A program made the translations under genes and the position numbers. Below, piece after piece: positions 27,609 through 37,264 of a DNA stretch of 64,000 nt. Numbering within the stretch: position 1 is the stretch's first letter; every line of letters starts with the position of its first letter. The notes beneath the pieces were generated by a model that made no database searches, was not told the origin of the DNA, and saw nothing but the letters and a program-made list of their open reading frames with translations. The DNA lies in IMG/VR virus record IMGVR_UViG_3300049988_000286, positions 288,001-352,000 of that record; one strand, 5' to 3'. This stretch comes from a virus (taxonomy: Duplodnaviria; Caudoviricetes).

Positions 27609-28559
27609 ATGAATAACGAAACCACTTATCTCGATCTTCTTCGAGATGTTCTTGACAATGGATTGGATCGCCCGGATCGAACCGGCACTGGTGTTCGCGG
27701 CGTGTTCGGCCGTCAGGCGCGATACGATCTCTCCACCTTCCCGCTCCTCACCACGAAGAAACTCGATCTACGCTCCATTGCAAGCGAGTTGCTGTGGTTC
27801 ATCGAAGGATCGGGCGATGAGCGTCGCTTGGCAGAAATCCGCTATGGGCGGGATCGTAGTGAACTCGCGGACAAGCGGACGATCTGGACCGACAATGCCC
27901 AAGCCCCCTACTGGCGCGACAAGGCCCGGTTCGAAGGCGATCTCGGTCAAGTCTATGGCGTGCAGTGGCGCAACTGGGAGACGCACACGCGCTACGAGTC
28001 CAGTGATGAACTCTCCCGTCTCCTTGATGCCGGATCGGGAAATTTCCTGCCCGATCCGATGGGGACAGGCGGTGTGGCGTTCCGCAAGACCGACCAGATC
28101 AAAGACCTGATCGATGGTCTGCGTCGCGATCCCTTTGGTCGTCGCCACATCCTCACCGCATGGAACCCCGGCAAGCTGTCCGAGATGGCGCTACCGCCCT
28201 GCCATGTCATGTCACAGTTCTATGTCGGTCAGGGGAAGCTGTCCTGTATGCTGACGCAGCGCAGTAATGATTTATTTTTGGGGACGCCCTTCAACGTCAG
28301 CAGTTATGCCCTATTCACTCATATGATCGCACAGGTGGTGGGTCTCAAAGCCGGTGAACTCATCCATTCGATGGGTGACGCACATATCTACAGTGATCAT
28401 ATCCCGGCCGTCGAAGAACAGCTTGCTCGCACGCCTCGATCTGCACCCTTCCTCTACGTCGATCCGGGCGTGAAGGAGATCGATCAATTCAATATGGATA
28501 GCTTCGAGATCATGGGTTATGACCCACATCCCGCTATTAGAGCAAAGATGGCCGTATGA
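27609..28559 (+). CDS. thyA: thymidylate synthase
   Basis: DRTGTG, FPLLTTKK, ELLWFI, GDLG.VYG.QWR, MALPPCH, QRSNDLFLGTPFN, GDAHIY. Confidence 0.97.
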   Translation: MNNETTYLDLLRDVLDNGLDRPDRTGTGVRGVFGRQARYDLSTFPLLTTKKLDLRSIASELLWFIEGSGDERRLAEIRYGRDRSELADKRTIWTDNAQAPYWRDKARFEGDLGQVYGVQWRNWETHTRYESSDELSRLLDAGSGNFLPDPMGTGGVAFRKTDQIKDLIDGLRRDPFGRRHILTAWNPGKLSEMALPPCHVMSQFYVGQGKLSCMLTQRSNDLFLGTPFNVSSYALFTHMIAQVVGLKAGELIHSMGDAHIYSDHIPAVEEQLARTPRSAPFLYVDPGVKEIDQFNMDSFEIMGYDPHPAIRAKMAV

Positions 28560-29014
28560 TCACACTCATTGCTGCAATGGATGAAGCTCGCGTCATTGGT
28601 GCAAACAATGCCCTGCCGTGGCACCTTCCGGCAGACTTCGCGCATTTCAAAGCCACGACGATGAAGCAAACCATTATCATGGGGCGTTTGACGTTTGAGA
28701 GTCTGCCGTTGAGGCCGCTCCCGCATCGTCGCAATATTGTCGTGACGCGTGATCTCGATTATACCCGCAACGGTATCGAGGTCGCGCATTCCTTGGATGA
28801 AGCCTTCGAACTCGCGGGATCGGAATGCTTCGTCATCGGTGGACAGAACATCTACGAGCAGACGATCGACCGCGCTCATCGTCTGCTCATCACCCATGTC
28901 TCCGGGGTTCATGAGGGCGACGCCTTCTTCCCCGAGATTGGCGAGCGATGGTCCAAAGCGCGGGTGCTCGGCGCGGGGGAAAAATACCGCATCGTGGAGT
29001 ATATGGCGATTTAG
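28556..29014 (+). CDS. folA: dihydrofolate reductase
   Basis: LIAAM...VIG.NN.LPWHLPADF.HFK, IIMGR.TFES, VIGG, GDAFFP. Confidence 0.95.
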   Translation: MITLIAAMDEARVIGANNALPWHLPADFAHFKATTMKQTIIMGRLTFESLPLRPLPHRRNIVVTRDLDYTRNGIEVAHSLDEAFELAGSECFVIGGQNIYEQTIDRAHRLLITHVSGVHEGDAFFPEIGERWSKARVLGAGEKYRIVEYMAI

Positions 29015-29088
29015 ATGTTGACATCCCTACACGGGCGCGTATCAGCACCCTTGCGTATCAAGCAAGTGTGACTGTGTAGGAATCCCAT

Positions 29089-29676
29089 ATGCCGATTTTT
29101 AACGCCCATCCGCGTGACCGGGTAACCGTGTTCATGGATGGCAACAATCTCTACGCTACCCTGCGCGCGCTCGATCTCAAGATCAACTACAAGCGCTTCA
29201 TCGCGCTCTTGCGAGAAGAGACGCGCCTCGTCCGCGTCAATTATTTCACCACGGTGCGCCCCCCGGCCGACGAGCAGATCGATCCCGCCCGCGCGCAGTC
29301 CGATTCACAGCTACGCCGTGTCCTCGATATGATGAGCTTCAATGGCTATCAGGTCGAGATGCGCGAGATGCGCGAATACGGTGACGATTTCGGCAACGTG
29401 CGCTTCAAGGGGACGGTGATCCCTGACATGATCGTCTCGATGATCGACGCCGCTGATGCCAACACTGATCACATCGTGCTGATCAGCGGCGATGGTGATC
29501 TCACCGCTGCCGTGGAGGCGTGCAAGCGCCGTGATGTTCGTGTCACCGTCGTATCGTCGGAGCACGCTGATGTCATCTCCGAGAACCTGCGGCGCTCGTG
29601 TGACCAGTATATCGATATCGAGGATTTGCCCGAGGACGTGATCCTCGACAGCAGCCAGCCTTTCCCCAACGATTAA
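29089..29676 (+). CDS. NYN domain protein (LabA/DUF88, PIN-like RNase)
   Basis: VFMDGNNLY, LISGDGDL, LRRSCDQYIDI; TTGACA promoter and TAGGA RBS upstream. Confidence 0.85.
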   Translation: MPIFNAHPRDRVTVFMDGNNLYATLRALDLKINYKRFIALLREETRLVRVNYFTTVRPPADEQIDPARAQSDSQLRRVLDMMSFNGYQVEMREMREYGDDFGNVRFKGTVIPDMIVSMIDAADANTDHIVLISGDGDLTAAVEACKRRDVRVTVVSSEHADVISENLRRSCDQYIDIEDLPEDVILDSSQPFPND

Positions 29677-30683
29677 ATCGAGGTTCCCAGTCTTCCAATA
29701 AATCCGTCACGGCCCACAAAGCCGATGAGGGTCTGGATGCACTCGTTGGTCTTGAACAAATTCTGCATGGCGTTTGCGGCACCGAGTTTGCGCAGCAGCG
29801 AAGTGGCCTGATTGGCGTGGGTGAGTTCCCGCCCAATCATGTCGAAGATGCTGGCGCGACCGGCGCTGATCTTCGCCACCGCAGAGTTGACGCTTGCCTT
29901 CTTGTTGAAGAAGTTGTTGAGCGTTGGGGTAAGGAACACGGCGATCTCGCTGCGGACCTGTGTAGCCGTCGCAGAGTCCTTGGCAAAGCCACCCTCGATC
30001 AGAATGGCGTCTACCTGATCCTGAAGACCCGTCCCCTTGACCACGCGGCTCAAGATCGTGTTGTTGACGCGACCGGTAAGGATTTGCACTACCTTGTCGT
30101 CGAAGGTGTTGATCTCACTCTGAATTTGAGTCTTGATCTGCTTCACCTCGGTGAAGACGTTCTGGATGTCGTTCTTGGCCGCGAAGAAACCCGCATAGGC
30201 TTCCTTTCCCGTTGACAGGATCGAGCCGAAGTTCTCCACGAGGCCTCCGCATCCAGCGCTCTGTCCGAGCGCGTTGCGGACGCTCTGCGAAGACGCATAG
30301 AGGGACATCCGATCCGAGAGATTGGCGAAGTGGCTGGTGACATGATTGCGGAACATGCCCGTCATACCACGCGGAAGGCCCACCAAGGCTTGTTTCATCT
30401 CTGCGCTGAATGGGACACCCGAGGAGTCGCGGATGTCCAGCGAGGAGAAATCGTCGAGGGTGAGAGGGGTCTCATCAACGGCGAGCACCACGTTGTCGAA
30501 CTGGGTAGTCGTTGGCGAGAAGCTTCCCATCACCGTGGAGTATTCGACCTTCTTGGCTGCAATCCCGGCGAGATCGGTGCGCAGCGTTGATAGCTGACCC
30601 GACAGGCTATCGTCGAATGCCGTTCCATTGGTGAGATCATCGATGATCCCCTTGGTGTTGTCGGGAATGGAGAAAGTGGCCAT
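29673..30683 (-). CDS. hypothetical (probable virion/baseplate) protein
   Basis: 336-aa ORF directly after the PAAR gene (TAA ATG). Confidence 0.7.
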   Translation of the reverse strand: MATFSIPDNTKGIIDDLTNGTAFDDSLSGQLSTLRTDLAGIAAKKVEYSTVMGSFSPTTTQFDNVVLAVDETPLTLDDFSSLDIRDSSGVPFSAEMKQALVGLPRGMTGMFRNHVTSHFANLSDRMSLYASSQSVRNALGQSAGCGGLVENFGSILSTGKEAYAGFFAAKNDIQNVFTEVKQIKTQIQSEINTFDDKVVQILTGRVNNTILSRVVKGTGLQDQVDAILIEGGFAKDSATATQVRSEIAVFLTPTLNNFFNKKASVNSAVAKISAGRASIFDMIGRELTHANQATSLLRKLGAANAMQNLFKTNECIQTLIGFVGRDGFIGRLGTSI

Positions 30684-31649
30684 TTAGTATCGGTATCCTG
30701 AATTATAGGCTCCACCCGCCCACCAGCAAATTCGCTTGGCGGAATTCACGCCATTGCGGCGACAGGCTAGATGCAGCCAAGAGTTATTTTCGTGGATGAT
30801 CTGGGTAAACGGTAGCTTGAGCGTGTTGATGATGATCTTCTCGATCTCATCAAGTTTGCGTCCATCGGCCTTCTTACCATTGAAGCGAAACTGCACATCG
30901 CACGCCGAACCGATGTTGTGATCCGACCCATTACTCGCCCGTCGAAACCCTGACGTGATGATCATCGATGACCGACCAAACTTGTCCGCGACTGGATCGA
31001 GGAGATTGGTGGCGAGGTGGCGAAGGTTGCAGATGATCTCGGCCCGGCTCAAACCGCGATTGGCCAGCACCGCGCCCGAAGATGCCCCTCCTCCGCGTGC
31101 GCACGCCGCACCGGAACTCAAATCGGCAAGGGTGAAGTGGCGAGAAATCCGGAGGGAACCGGGGGCATTCTCCGGGATGTCGCGGCACGCGACCGGGGTG
31201 GCTTGGGTCACAGGAGCACCATCGGCGGGCGTGGGCTCACTATCCTGATCGCCACCAGCAGCGGCCATTAGCGCGCGGGATCGCGCTTGAGCGGCCGGAG
31301 AGGCACCAGAGAGGCCTCCGCCGTCCACGCCCTCGTCGAGGGTATCGTCATTTTCCATCAAGGCCTGATCAGCAGCGGAGACGCCGCTGGCGGGCGAGGG
31401 GTTGTTGAAGATGCTCGGGAGGATCATGGCCCCACATGCCGCCAATGCGGTCTGGTGGGCGGTGGCGCGACCATCCGTGAGCGGCATGTTGGGGATGATC
31501 TGGACGATCGGATTCCGACCGTGGATGGGGCAGTCCACCATGTCGCCCATGCGAGCAACGGGCTGGCCGTTGACGCGGCGGGTTGATGATCCTGTGACGA
31601 TCTTGGCATTGTGGGTGCACAGGTCGCCCATCACGGAGGTGGTGAGCAT
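30684..31649 (-). CDS. PAAR spike-tip protein fused to a peptidase M15-like domain
   Basis: N-terminal VARMGDMVDCPIHG...ACGA PAAR; C-terminal ITSGFR, SDHNIGSACD, WLH Zn-peptidase motifs. Confidence 0.8.
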   Translation of the reverse strand: MLTTSVMGDLCTHNAKIVTGSSTRRVNGQPVARMGDMVDCPIHGRNPIVQIIPNMPLTDGRATAHQTALAACGAMILPSIFNNPSPASGVSAADQALMENDDTLDEGVDGGGLSGASPAAQARSRALMAAAGGDQDSEPTPADGAPVTQATPVACRDIPENAPGSLRISRHFTLADLSSGAACARGGGASSGAVLANRGLSRAEIICNLRHLATNLLDPVADKFGRSSMIITSGFRRASNGSDHNIGSACDVQFRFNGKKADGRKLDEIEKIIINTLKLPFTQIIHENNSWLHLACRRNGVNSAKRICWWAGGAYNSGYRY

Positions 31650-31900
31650 CAGAGAGCCAATTCCCTGATCTCACTGGGGGTCTGGGAGACCACCATCGTC
31701 TGACCGTTGACGCCGATCATGGTGCCGTAATTGTAAGGGCACGGCGACAGGTAGATGATATCCTCGAACGCGACTTCGAACGAGGACCGCCTTGATACCT
31801 GCCACTCGTATCGGGGACAGAATACAGCCGCGATGCGCCCACACAGCGACGCGGGCGCGACGCAGCAGCGACGGAAGTGAAGGCGCTCCAGCGTAATCAC
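31649..31900 (-). CDS. small hypothetical protein
   Basis: Coupled to both neighbours. Confidence 0.5.
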   Translation of the reverse strand: MITLERLHFRRCCVAPASLCGRIAAVFCPRYEWQVSRRSSFEVAFEDIIYLSPCPYNYGTMIGVNGQTMVVSQTPSEIRELAL

Positions 31901-32226
31901 AGCAGCGGGCTGCTCGGCGCGAGATCGAGGCCCGAGGTCATCTTCACATAGGCGGCAACGAGTTCGTCACGCGGGCGCATGGCCTCGATGAGGATCGCCG
32001 ACGACGGAATCCGGTAGGTGTCGTCCTCATCCACTGTGGGGAATAGTGGGGTATAGTAGATACCATACCCCTGTTCATTCTGGACAGGGTTGGCGACCAC
32101 GGGCTTGGTGACGATCAGGTGAGTATCGCTACGGCCGATATACCGAGCAATAACAGTCTCACCAGTGATGATGCGGAATGATACCGGAGAATTGGCCGCG
32201 ATGGGGGGTTTGATGATTGGAGTCAT
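31897..32226 (-). CDS. Sm-like small protein
   Basis: SFRIITGETVIARY...VTKP beta-rich pattern common in T4-like phages. Confidence 0.65.
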   Translation of the reverse strand: MTPIIKPPIAANSPVSFRIITGETVIARYIGRSDTHLIVTKPVVANPVQNEQGYGIYYTPLFPTVDEDDTYRIPSSAILIEAMRPRDELVAAYVKMTSGLDLAPSSPLL

Positions 32227-32329
32227 GCATCGGTTATGTCACGCCTACTTTCCTTCCCGCAATATTTGCGAGCATGGCACGGCAATTCCTGTGTTGAACA
32301 ACACAAGCCTTTACTGTAGATTGATCGAT

Positions 32330-32935
32330 ATGTCGATTTATCAACGCTCCATTCGAGCCTTCGTGTGGCTCCTCCTTCGAGCCATGTACCGCGTCCGTGT
32401 AATCGGGGGCTCCTCCATCCCAGAACAGGGTGGTGCGCTTCTCACGCCCAATCATGTCAGCTACATCGATGCAGTGCTGATCGCCGCGCACGTCAAGCGG
32501 CCGATCCGCTACGCGATGTATCATCGGCTGTATAATCGTTTCCGTTGGATCGTGGAGCCGATGGGTGCTTTCCCGATCGCGGGTAAGTCCGAGAACGCGC
32601 ACGTGTATGAGAGCGCGATGACGCTCATTGCACAAACCCTCCGTGATGGGGGGCTCGTCTGCCTGTTCCCGGAGGGCAAGATCACCACGACGGGACTGGT
32701 CGATGACTTCCGACCCGGCGTGTTGCGGATTGTTGCCGATACTCCGGTGCCGGTCATCCCGGTCGGCCTCTGCAACCTCTGGGGTAGCTATTTCTCGAAG
32801 AAGAAGCCCGGCATCTTCAAGCTACCCGAGCACTTCATGGCGCGGGTCACGATGAAGGTCGGTGAGCCAATCGCGCCCCGTGATCTCACACTCACTGCTC
32901 TACGCGAGCGTATCCTTGCTCTAACTGTGGGCTAG
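32330..32935 (+). CDS. 1-acyl-sn-glycerol-3-phosphate acyltransferase (PlsC/Aas LPLAT family)
   Basis: Catalytic NHVSYID, FPEG and VPVIPVG motifs. Confidence 0.85.
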   Translation: MSIYQRSIRAFVWLLLRAMYRVRVIGGSSIPEQGGALLTPNHVSYIDAVLIAAHVKRPIRYAMYHRLYNRFRWIVEPMGAFPIAGKSENAHVYESAMTLIAQTLRDGGLVCLFPEGKITTTGLVDDFRPGVLRIVADTPVPVIPVGLCNLWGSYFSKKKPGIFKLPEHFMARVTMKVGEPIAPRDLTLTALRERILALTVG

Positions 32936-33208
32936 ATAGAAGAGGAGGGCGTCGCCCTCACTGATGAACGACACCGCGTTGATCTTGCCCGCCGATGCGG
33001 ATGCAAGCGTGATGTGGAATCGGCCCGCGCAGTTATCGGCAAGCCACTTGCGCATCACCTCTGCGCGATCTGAATCGTCGCCCACCCAACTCAACCAACT
33101 GCTGTTGACCACAACGGTCCACGTGGCTTTGAACATACAGCCGCCGCGCCGAGTGCGGACCGTCTGTGACCAATATTCCGAAGTGCGCAAAGGAGGATCG
33201 AAGGTCAC
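32921..33208 (-). CDS. small hypothetical protein (DAxLFxL family)
   Basis: GTG start overlapping the upstream stop; FISEGDALLFYL. Confidence 0.55.
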   Translation of the reverse strand: MTFDPPLRTSEYWSQTVRTRRGGCMFKATWTVVVNSSWLSWVGDDSDRAEVMRKWLADNCAGRFHITLASASAGKINAVSFISEGDALLFYLAHS

Positions 33209-33525
33209 ATGAAATGTCCCAAGCTGCGTTCCATGTCGCGGAGAAAGGCATGCGCGTTGGTGAGATCGTCGGGTAGCACCGTCGCCCACGACACTTCTAC
33301 ACGTCCCCAACGACGATGACTATGAAGTGGACGAAAGGCGTATCCTCCAAGCACGCGCTGCTCATGCGGGGCGGGCTTTGTCCACTGATATGAGGTGAGT
33401 TGCGCACCAAGACCGGGGGAGAAATGGTACAGTTCTCCCGACAACCAGTAGAAGCGACCGTCACAGGTGGGCGTTGCCATCCCGTGACCGCTGCCGAAAA
33501 TCCAATGGTCAAGAGCGACGATCAC
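33205..33525 (-). CDS. hypothetical protein
   Basis: GTGA coupling. Confidence 0.5.
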   Translation of the reverse strand: MIVALDHWIFGSGHGMATPTCDGRFYWLSGELYHFSPGLGAQLTSYQWTKPAPHEQRVLGGYAFRPLHSHRRWGRVEVSWATVLPDDLTNAHAFLRDMERSLGHFM

Positions 33526-33824
33526 AGCCGCGCCTGATTGTGGAACCCATCGCCGCAAATGCACATCGTCAGCATGGTGTCGAAGTCCTGCTGGAAGCCC
33601 GGCTTCATTATTTCCATATCGGCAAAGCTGCTCTCGCGATAGTCGCGATCTGACTTCTTCTTCCGGATCAGCTTCTCGACATCCTCGCCCACTGCGTGCA
33701 GCTTGAACCGAAGACTATGTGCGCGCGGCCCCCAGAACGAGACCGCGCGGCCATGATAATCAGTTACGCCCCACACCTTGTCGCTGGTGCCTACGTGGTT
33801 CCAGAGGATGATGGTCTCGATCAC
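33522..33824 (-). CDS. WGR-like domain protein
   Basis: SDKVWG...SFWGPR...KKKSDRDY pattern. Confidence 0.6.
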   Translation of the reverse strand: MIETIILWNHVGTSDKVWGVTDYHGRAVSFWGPRAHSLRFKLHAVGEDVEKLIRKKKSDRDYRESSFADMEIMKPGFQQDFDTMLTMCICGDGFHNQARL

Positions 33825-34090
33825 TGATACACCCGTGCGCGCAGATACGCGAAACGATCGTCCTGCGTCGCGAAGACGAGGTAGAAGCGCGAGCCATCAA
33901 AGTGGCGCAGATGCGGGCGATCGAAGCCTCGTTCCATCGCGATGTGATTGGCATCGAGAAGCGCATCAGCGACTTCGTGCTTGGTCGTGATGGCGGGGCC
34001 AAGATCGTGAACCCGACCGGCCCAAGACGGGCCGATAAGGCGCGCGCGCTTCATGGCGCGGATGAGCGCGTCGATGATCTGGTCCTTCAT
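33821..34090 (-). CDS. hypothetical protein
   Basis: GGAGG RBS; overlap coupling. Confidence 0.55.
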   Translation of the reverse strand: MKDQIIDALIRAMKRARLIGPSWAGRVHDLGPAITTKHEVADALLDANHIAMERGFDRPHLRHFDGSRFYLVFATQDDRFAYLRARVYQ

Positions 34091-34416
34091 GCCGCCAGCC
34101 TCCGCAGATGGGCGACGAGATACATGTATTCACCGTGGTGGCGGATCATCTCGCCATCCCGGACCATCGTCGTGGGATTGCTGACGCGCAGATGGCTCTC
34201 GGGATGATCGCCCACGATATCCTGCGCCTTCCGCGTAACCTGAAAGTCGAGCCCGTTATGGTTGCTGTCGAGACGCACCCAATCGTCCTCATAGGTGCGT
34301 CCACCGAAGCGGTTCGGCTCCCCACCGAGACGATCGAGCACCTGCTCCGCCAAGGCGACGAACTCGGGACCGCCCATGCGATCCTCCATCGTTGGCTGAC
34401 AATCGATCATCCGCAT
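34087..34416 (-). CDS. hypothetical protein
   Basis: AAGGAG RBS; overlap coupling. Confidence 0.6.
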   Translation of the reverse strand: MRMIDCQPTMEDRMGGPEFVALAEQVLDRLGGEPNRFGGRTYEDDWVRLDSNHNGLDFQVTRKAQDIVGDHPESHLRVSNPTTMVRDGEMIRHHGEYMYLVAHLRRLAA

Positions 34417-34505
34417 GGCTTTCTCCTTGTCGCGAACTATAGCACAACACGATCTTGATGCAAGATCAATAATGCCGCCGTGACGGTTGCGCGGTATAAC
34501 GCTGT

Positions 34506-34724
34506 ATGACTATCGAACCCGACACAATCACCCGCCTCTGGACCGCGCTTGCCCATGGCGATGATGATCACCGCGAATGGCTCCGGGAAGCCATTGAGGC
34601 TTTCTTCACCGATCAGCCCATCCCTGCCCCCTACGGATCAGGTAATAAAGAGCGGCTGATTCATGACTTGCAGGATGAGATCATCACCCTGCGCAAAGAG
34701 ATCATGTTGCTGACGGAGCGCTGA
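34506..34724 (+). CDS. hypothetical protein
   Basis: 72-aa ORF downstream of a TATAAC -10 box. Confidence 0.6.
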   Translation: MTIEPDTITRLWTALAHGDDDHREWLREAIEAFFTDQPIPAPYGSGNKERLIHDLQDEIITLRKEIMLLTER

Positions 34725-34727
34725 ATA

Positions 34728-35156
34728 TTAACTTTGCCGTCGAAAGCTACGACGCCCCACGTCTGTTGTTAGATCGAATTTGGTATAAAGCGCCCACCTT
34801 GGTAGCCAGCGACAGAACCGCCACCAATGATCTTTACTCGTGAAGTAGGTGGCGCGTAAATGCAGTCTCAACCCGAATTTCATTTCGTGTTGGTTGAAGG
34901 TGTTGTCAAATATGCCCACCGTAATGATCGGCGAAACCGGTACGATCCAGAGGACCATAAGCCTTAAACGACATTCATAGATGAACGTCAAATTCTTATG
35001 CATGTCAATAAGGTCGATGTAAGGCGGCGATCCATTTTTGTTGAAGGTCAGCCCAAAGGGGCGAGGCGAACGGAGCGCTACTAATGTCGCGAGCAGCGTA
35101 GCAATAACAGCGGCAATCCGCACAGCAAGGTCGATGGTCATATAGCAAATATACAC
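34728..35156 (-). CDS. hypothetical protein (AT-richer, N-terminal TM)
   Basis: 142-aa ORF in a lower-GC segment. Confidence 0.4.
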   Translation of the reverse strand: MYICYMTIDLAVRIAAVIATLLATLVALRSPRPFGLTFNKNGSPPYIDLIDMHKNLTFIYECRLRLMVLWIVPVSPIITVGIFDNTFNQHEMKFGLRLHLRATYFTSKDHWWRFCRWLPRWALYTKFDLTTDVGRRSFRRQS

Positions 35157-35201
35157 CCATCGAGGAAGATGGACACCATCTATTTTTTTCCTAAATAGAA
35201 G

Positions 35202-36215
35202 ATGACGAACTGTCCTTTTTGTAAAGTCGAGTTGGTGTCAAATACCAGACACATCTATACATGTGTGGTCAATCCATACCAAGATGACCGTGGCAAAACG
35301 AAGAAAGCTTTCATCGATCATAACTATGGACCGATCACCTACGAGGCGTTTCGCGATCTCTACGTAGAACAAGGATGGTCGCTGCCCGACTTCCAGCGAG
35401 AACTTGGCTTTCCTTTCTCCACTACCCAGTGGCTTTGTGAACATTTTGCGATCCCGCGCCGTTCTATAAAACAGGCGGTCGGAGGGGCACGTAGGAAAGC
35501 AAAACAGACCAACCTTGAACGCTACGGTGTAGAGAACCCCTCACAGGCGGAAGAGATCAAAGAGAAGAAAGCTGCTACGTTTTTGCGCAATTACGGTGCA
35601 TCAAACATATTCGCTACAGCAGAGTTCAAAGAGAAACACGCAGAGACTATGCTTGCGCGTTACGGGAAGGGAAGCTTGTCAAATCGTTTCGGGGGGCTAA
35701 ACCGGTGGTGGGACGATCAAACAGAGGAATATCGATCCGCAACGGGAGCGCGGCTTGGTCATGCTACTAAACAGTTGTGGAGCAGACTATCCGAATGTGA
35801 AAAGCAAGAGATCGTACGTAAAAGGCTCGCGGCTCTCCGCGCAAATGGTAAACCTCGGGCGCACTATGCGTCCAAGCTAGAAGATAGCTTTGGCGAGCTT
35901 TTAGAAGCTGCTAGTATCGTCCACTCTCGGCAGTACTGGTTCAAGCAACGCTCGTTCGATTTCCGGATAGACGGAACGAACATCTTGATAGAAGTTCAAG
36001 GCGACTACTGGCACGCCAATCCAGAATTTTACGCGGAGGAAGACATCATCCCGAGCATGTCACTCACCGCTAGGGAGGTCTGGGACCGCGACGACGCTAA
36101 AAGAAAGCTTGCAGAAGAAGCTGGGTTTCAAGTGCACCATGTCTGGGAAACGGAGATCAAAAAACACCCAGTCGAAACACTGCTGCGGGTGATCAAGCTA
36201 ATTGATTTGGCGTGA
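35202..36215 (+). CDS. putative free-standing homing endonuclease (Vsr/DUF559-like PD-(D/E)xK C-terminus)
   Basis: N-terminal CPFC, TNLERYGVENP-type repeats, FDFRIDGTNILIEVQGDYWH...VWETE; AT-richer codons; TAAATA at 35192. Confidence 0.7.
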   Translation: MTNCPFCKVELVSNTRHIYTCVVNPYQDDRGKTKKAFIDHNYGPITYEAFRDLYVEQGWSLPDFQRELGFPFSTTQWLCEHFAIPRRSIKQAVGGARRKAKQTNLERYGVENPSQAEEIKEKKAATFLRNYGASNIFATAEFKEKHAETMLARYGKGSLSNRFGGLNRWWDDQTEEYRSATGARLGHATKQLWSRLSECEKQEIVRKRLAALRANGKPRAHYASKLEDSFGELLEAASIVHSRQYWFKQRSFDFRIDGTNILIEVQGDYWHANPEFYAEEDIIPSMSLTAREVWDRDDAKRKLAEEAGFQVHHVWETEIKKHPVETLLRVIKLIDLA

Positions 36216-36756
36216 TCCTCTGCCCGAACATCCAATGCTGTGCAGCACCGACGTGGTTCCGCCTAACGAACTTGGCCAGCTTCGTCTGATATTCAAAGTA
36301 GCTGAATTCATCTGCAAGGCGCACGACATAGCCCTCTACAGTATCGTAGTCGGTCTTGTAATCGTACAGGTTCTGAATGGCCTTCTCATCCCAGATGCCA
36401 TCGTAGAGCACCGGCACCGGGGTAAGGCCAAGTAGGTCGAGCCATTCGATCGTATCATCCCATGACAGGCACATGTTCTTGTCGTTCCAGACGGAGAAAG
36501 CCATGAAGAACGATGGCAAGTCGTTATAGAAGATCGAATGCTTGGCATACATGTTTTCGCCGACCACGCGCCAAGCTGGCGGGATGTCACCACAGACGGA
36601 CGCCCAAATCGCCTTGGCTCGCCCCTGCGACGGGTGTGAGCGACCATCTACGCTGCGGGAATGGCACGTCTCGGGGGTGAAGGTGAAATTCTGGCCATCC
36701 ATCTTCTCCGTGGCGATAACACGCCTTCCCTTGAACGCGTCCAAGGACTTGATCAT
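36193..36756 (-). CDS. RNA ligase-family nucleotidyltransferase, N-terminus apparently truncated
   Basis: Motif I ATEKMDG, VVGENMYAKHSI.Y, VEGYVVR, AKFVR; no KYPRT segment. Confidence 0.7.
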   Translation of the reverse strand: MIKSLDAFKGRRVIATEKMDGQNFTFTPETCHSRSVDGRSHPSQGRAKAIWASVCGDIPPAWRVVGENMYAKHSIFYNDLPSFFMAFSVWNDKNMCLSWDDTIEWLDLLGLTPVPVLYDGIWDEKAIQNLYDYKTDYDTVEGYVVRLADEFSYFEYQTKLAKFVRRNHVGAAQHWMFGQRITPNQLA

Positions 36757-37190
36757 CTTGTATAGAGCGGCAACACGCCACCCTTCTCCAAGATTTTCTG
36801 CACCGACTCATCGTAGAAGAGCGGTCCCTTCATTCGGGTGCCGTTCACCATAATGGGATCGCCCCACTTCGTATAGGCGACATCATCGTAGAAATACTCG
36901 GGAAGGATGATCTCCTTGATCCCCGCTGCCTCCCGCACCTCCTCGCACGACAGCACCGTGGACTCGCACTGGCGATGATGGTCCTCACAGACCGTCGCAC
37001 CGTTGTTGACGAAGTATCCACCAAACTCATGGTCGGCCGTAAAGAGGCGGCGCTCGATGATGTGATGAGCGTCCAGCTTCCCCTCCGGGGTCTGTTCGGC
37101 CGATCGTCCGCAGAAGACGCACTTCCCCGAGTCGCGGGCAAAGACTGCCTCGCGAAACTGATCCCGAGTTAAGAGAAGTTGCTTTTTCAT
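36753..37190 (-). CDS. HNH nuclease domain protein (usually fused to the RNA ligase)
   Basis: FARDSGKCVFCG, DAHHIIERR, NGATVCEDHH. Confidence 0.75.
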   Translation of the reverse strand: MKKQLLLTRDQFREAVFARDSGKCVFCGRSAEQTPEGKLDAHHIIERRLFTADHEFGGYFVNNGATVCEDHHRQCESTVLSCEEVREAAGIKEIILPEYFYDDVAYTKWGDPIMVNGTRMKGPLFYDESVQKILEKGGVLPLYTR

Positions 37191-37264
37191 GCAACGCATA
37201 TACCACGGATTTGTTCCCAATCAACTAAATAATTAGTGCAAAAAGTTGATGGTCTCGGACAGTA

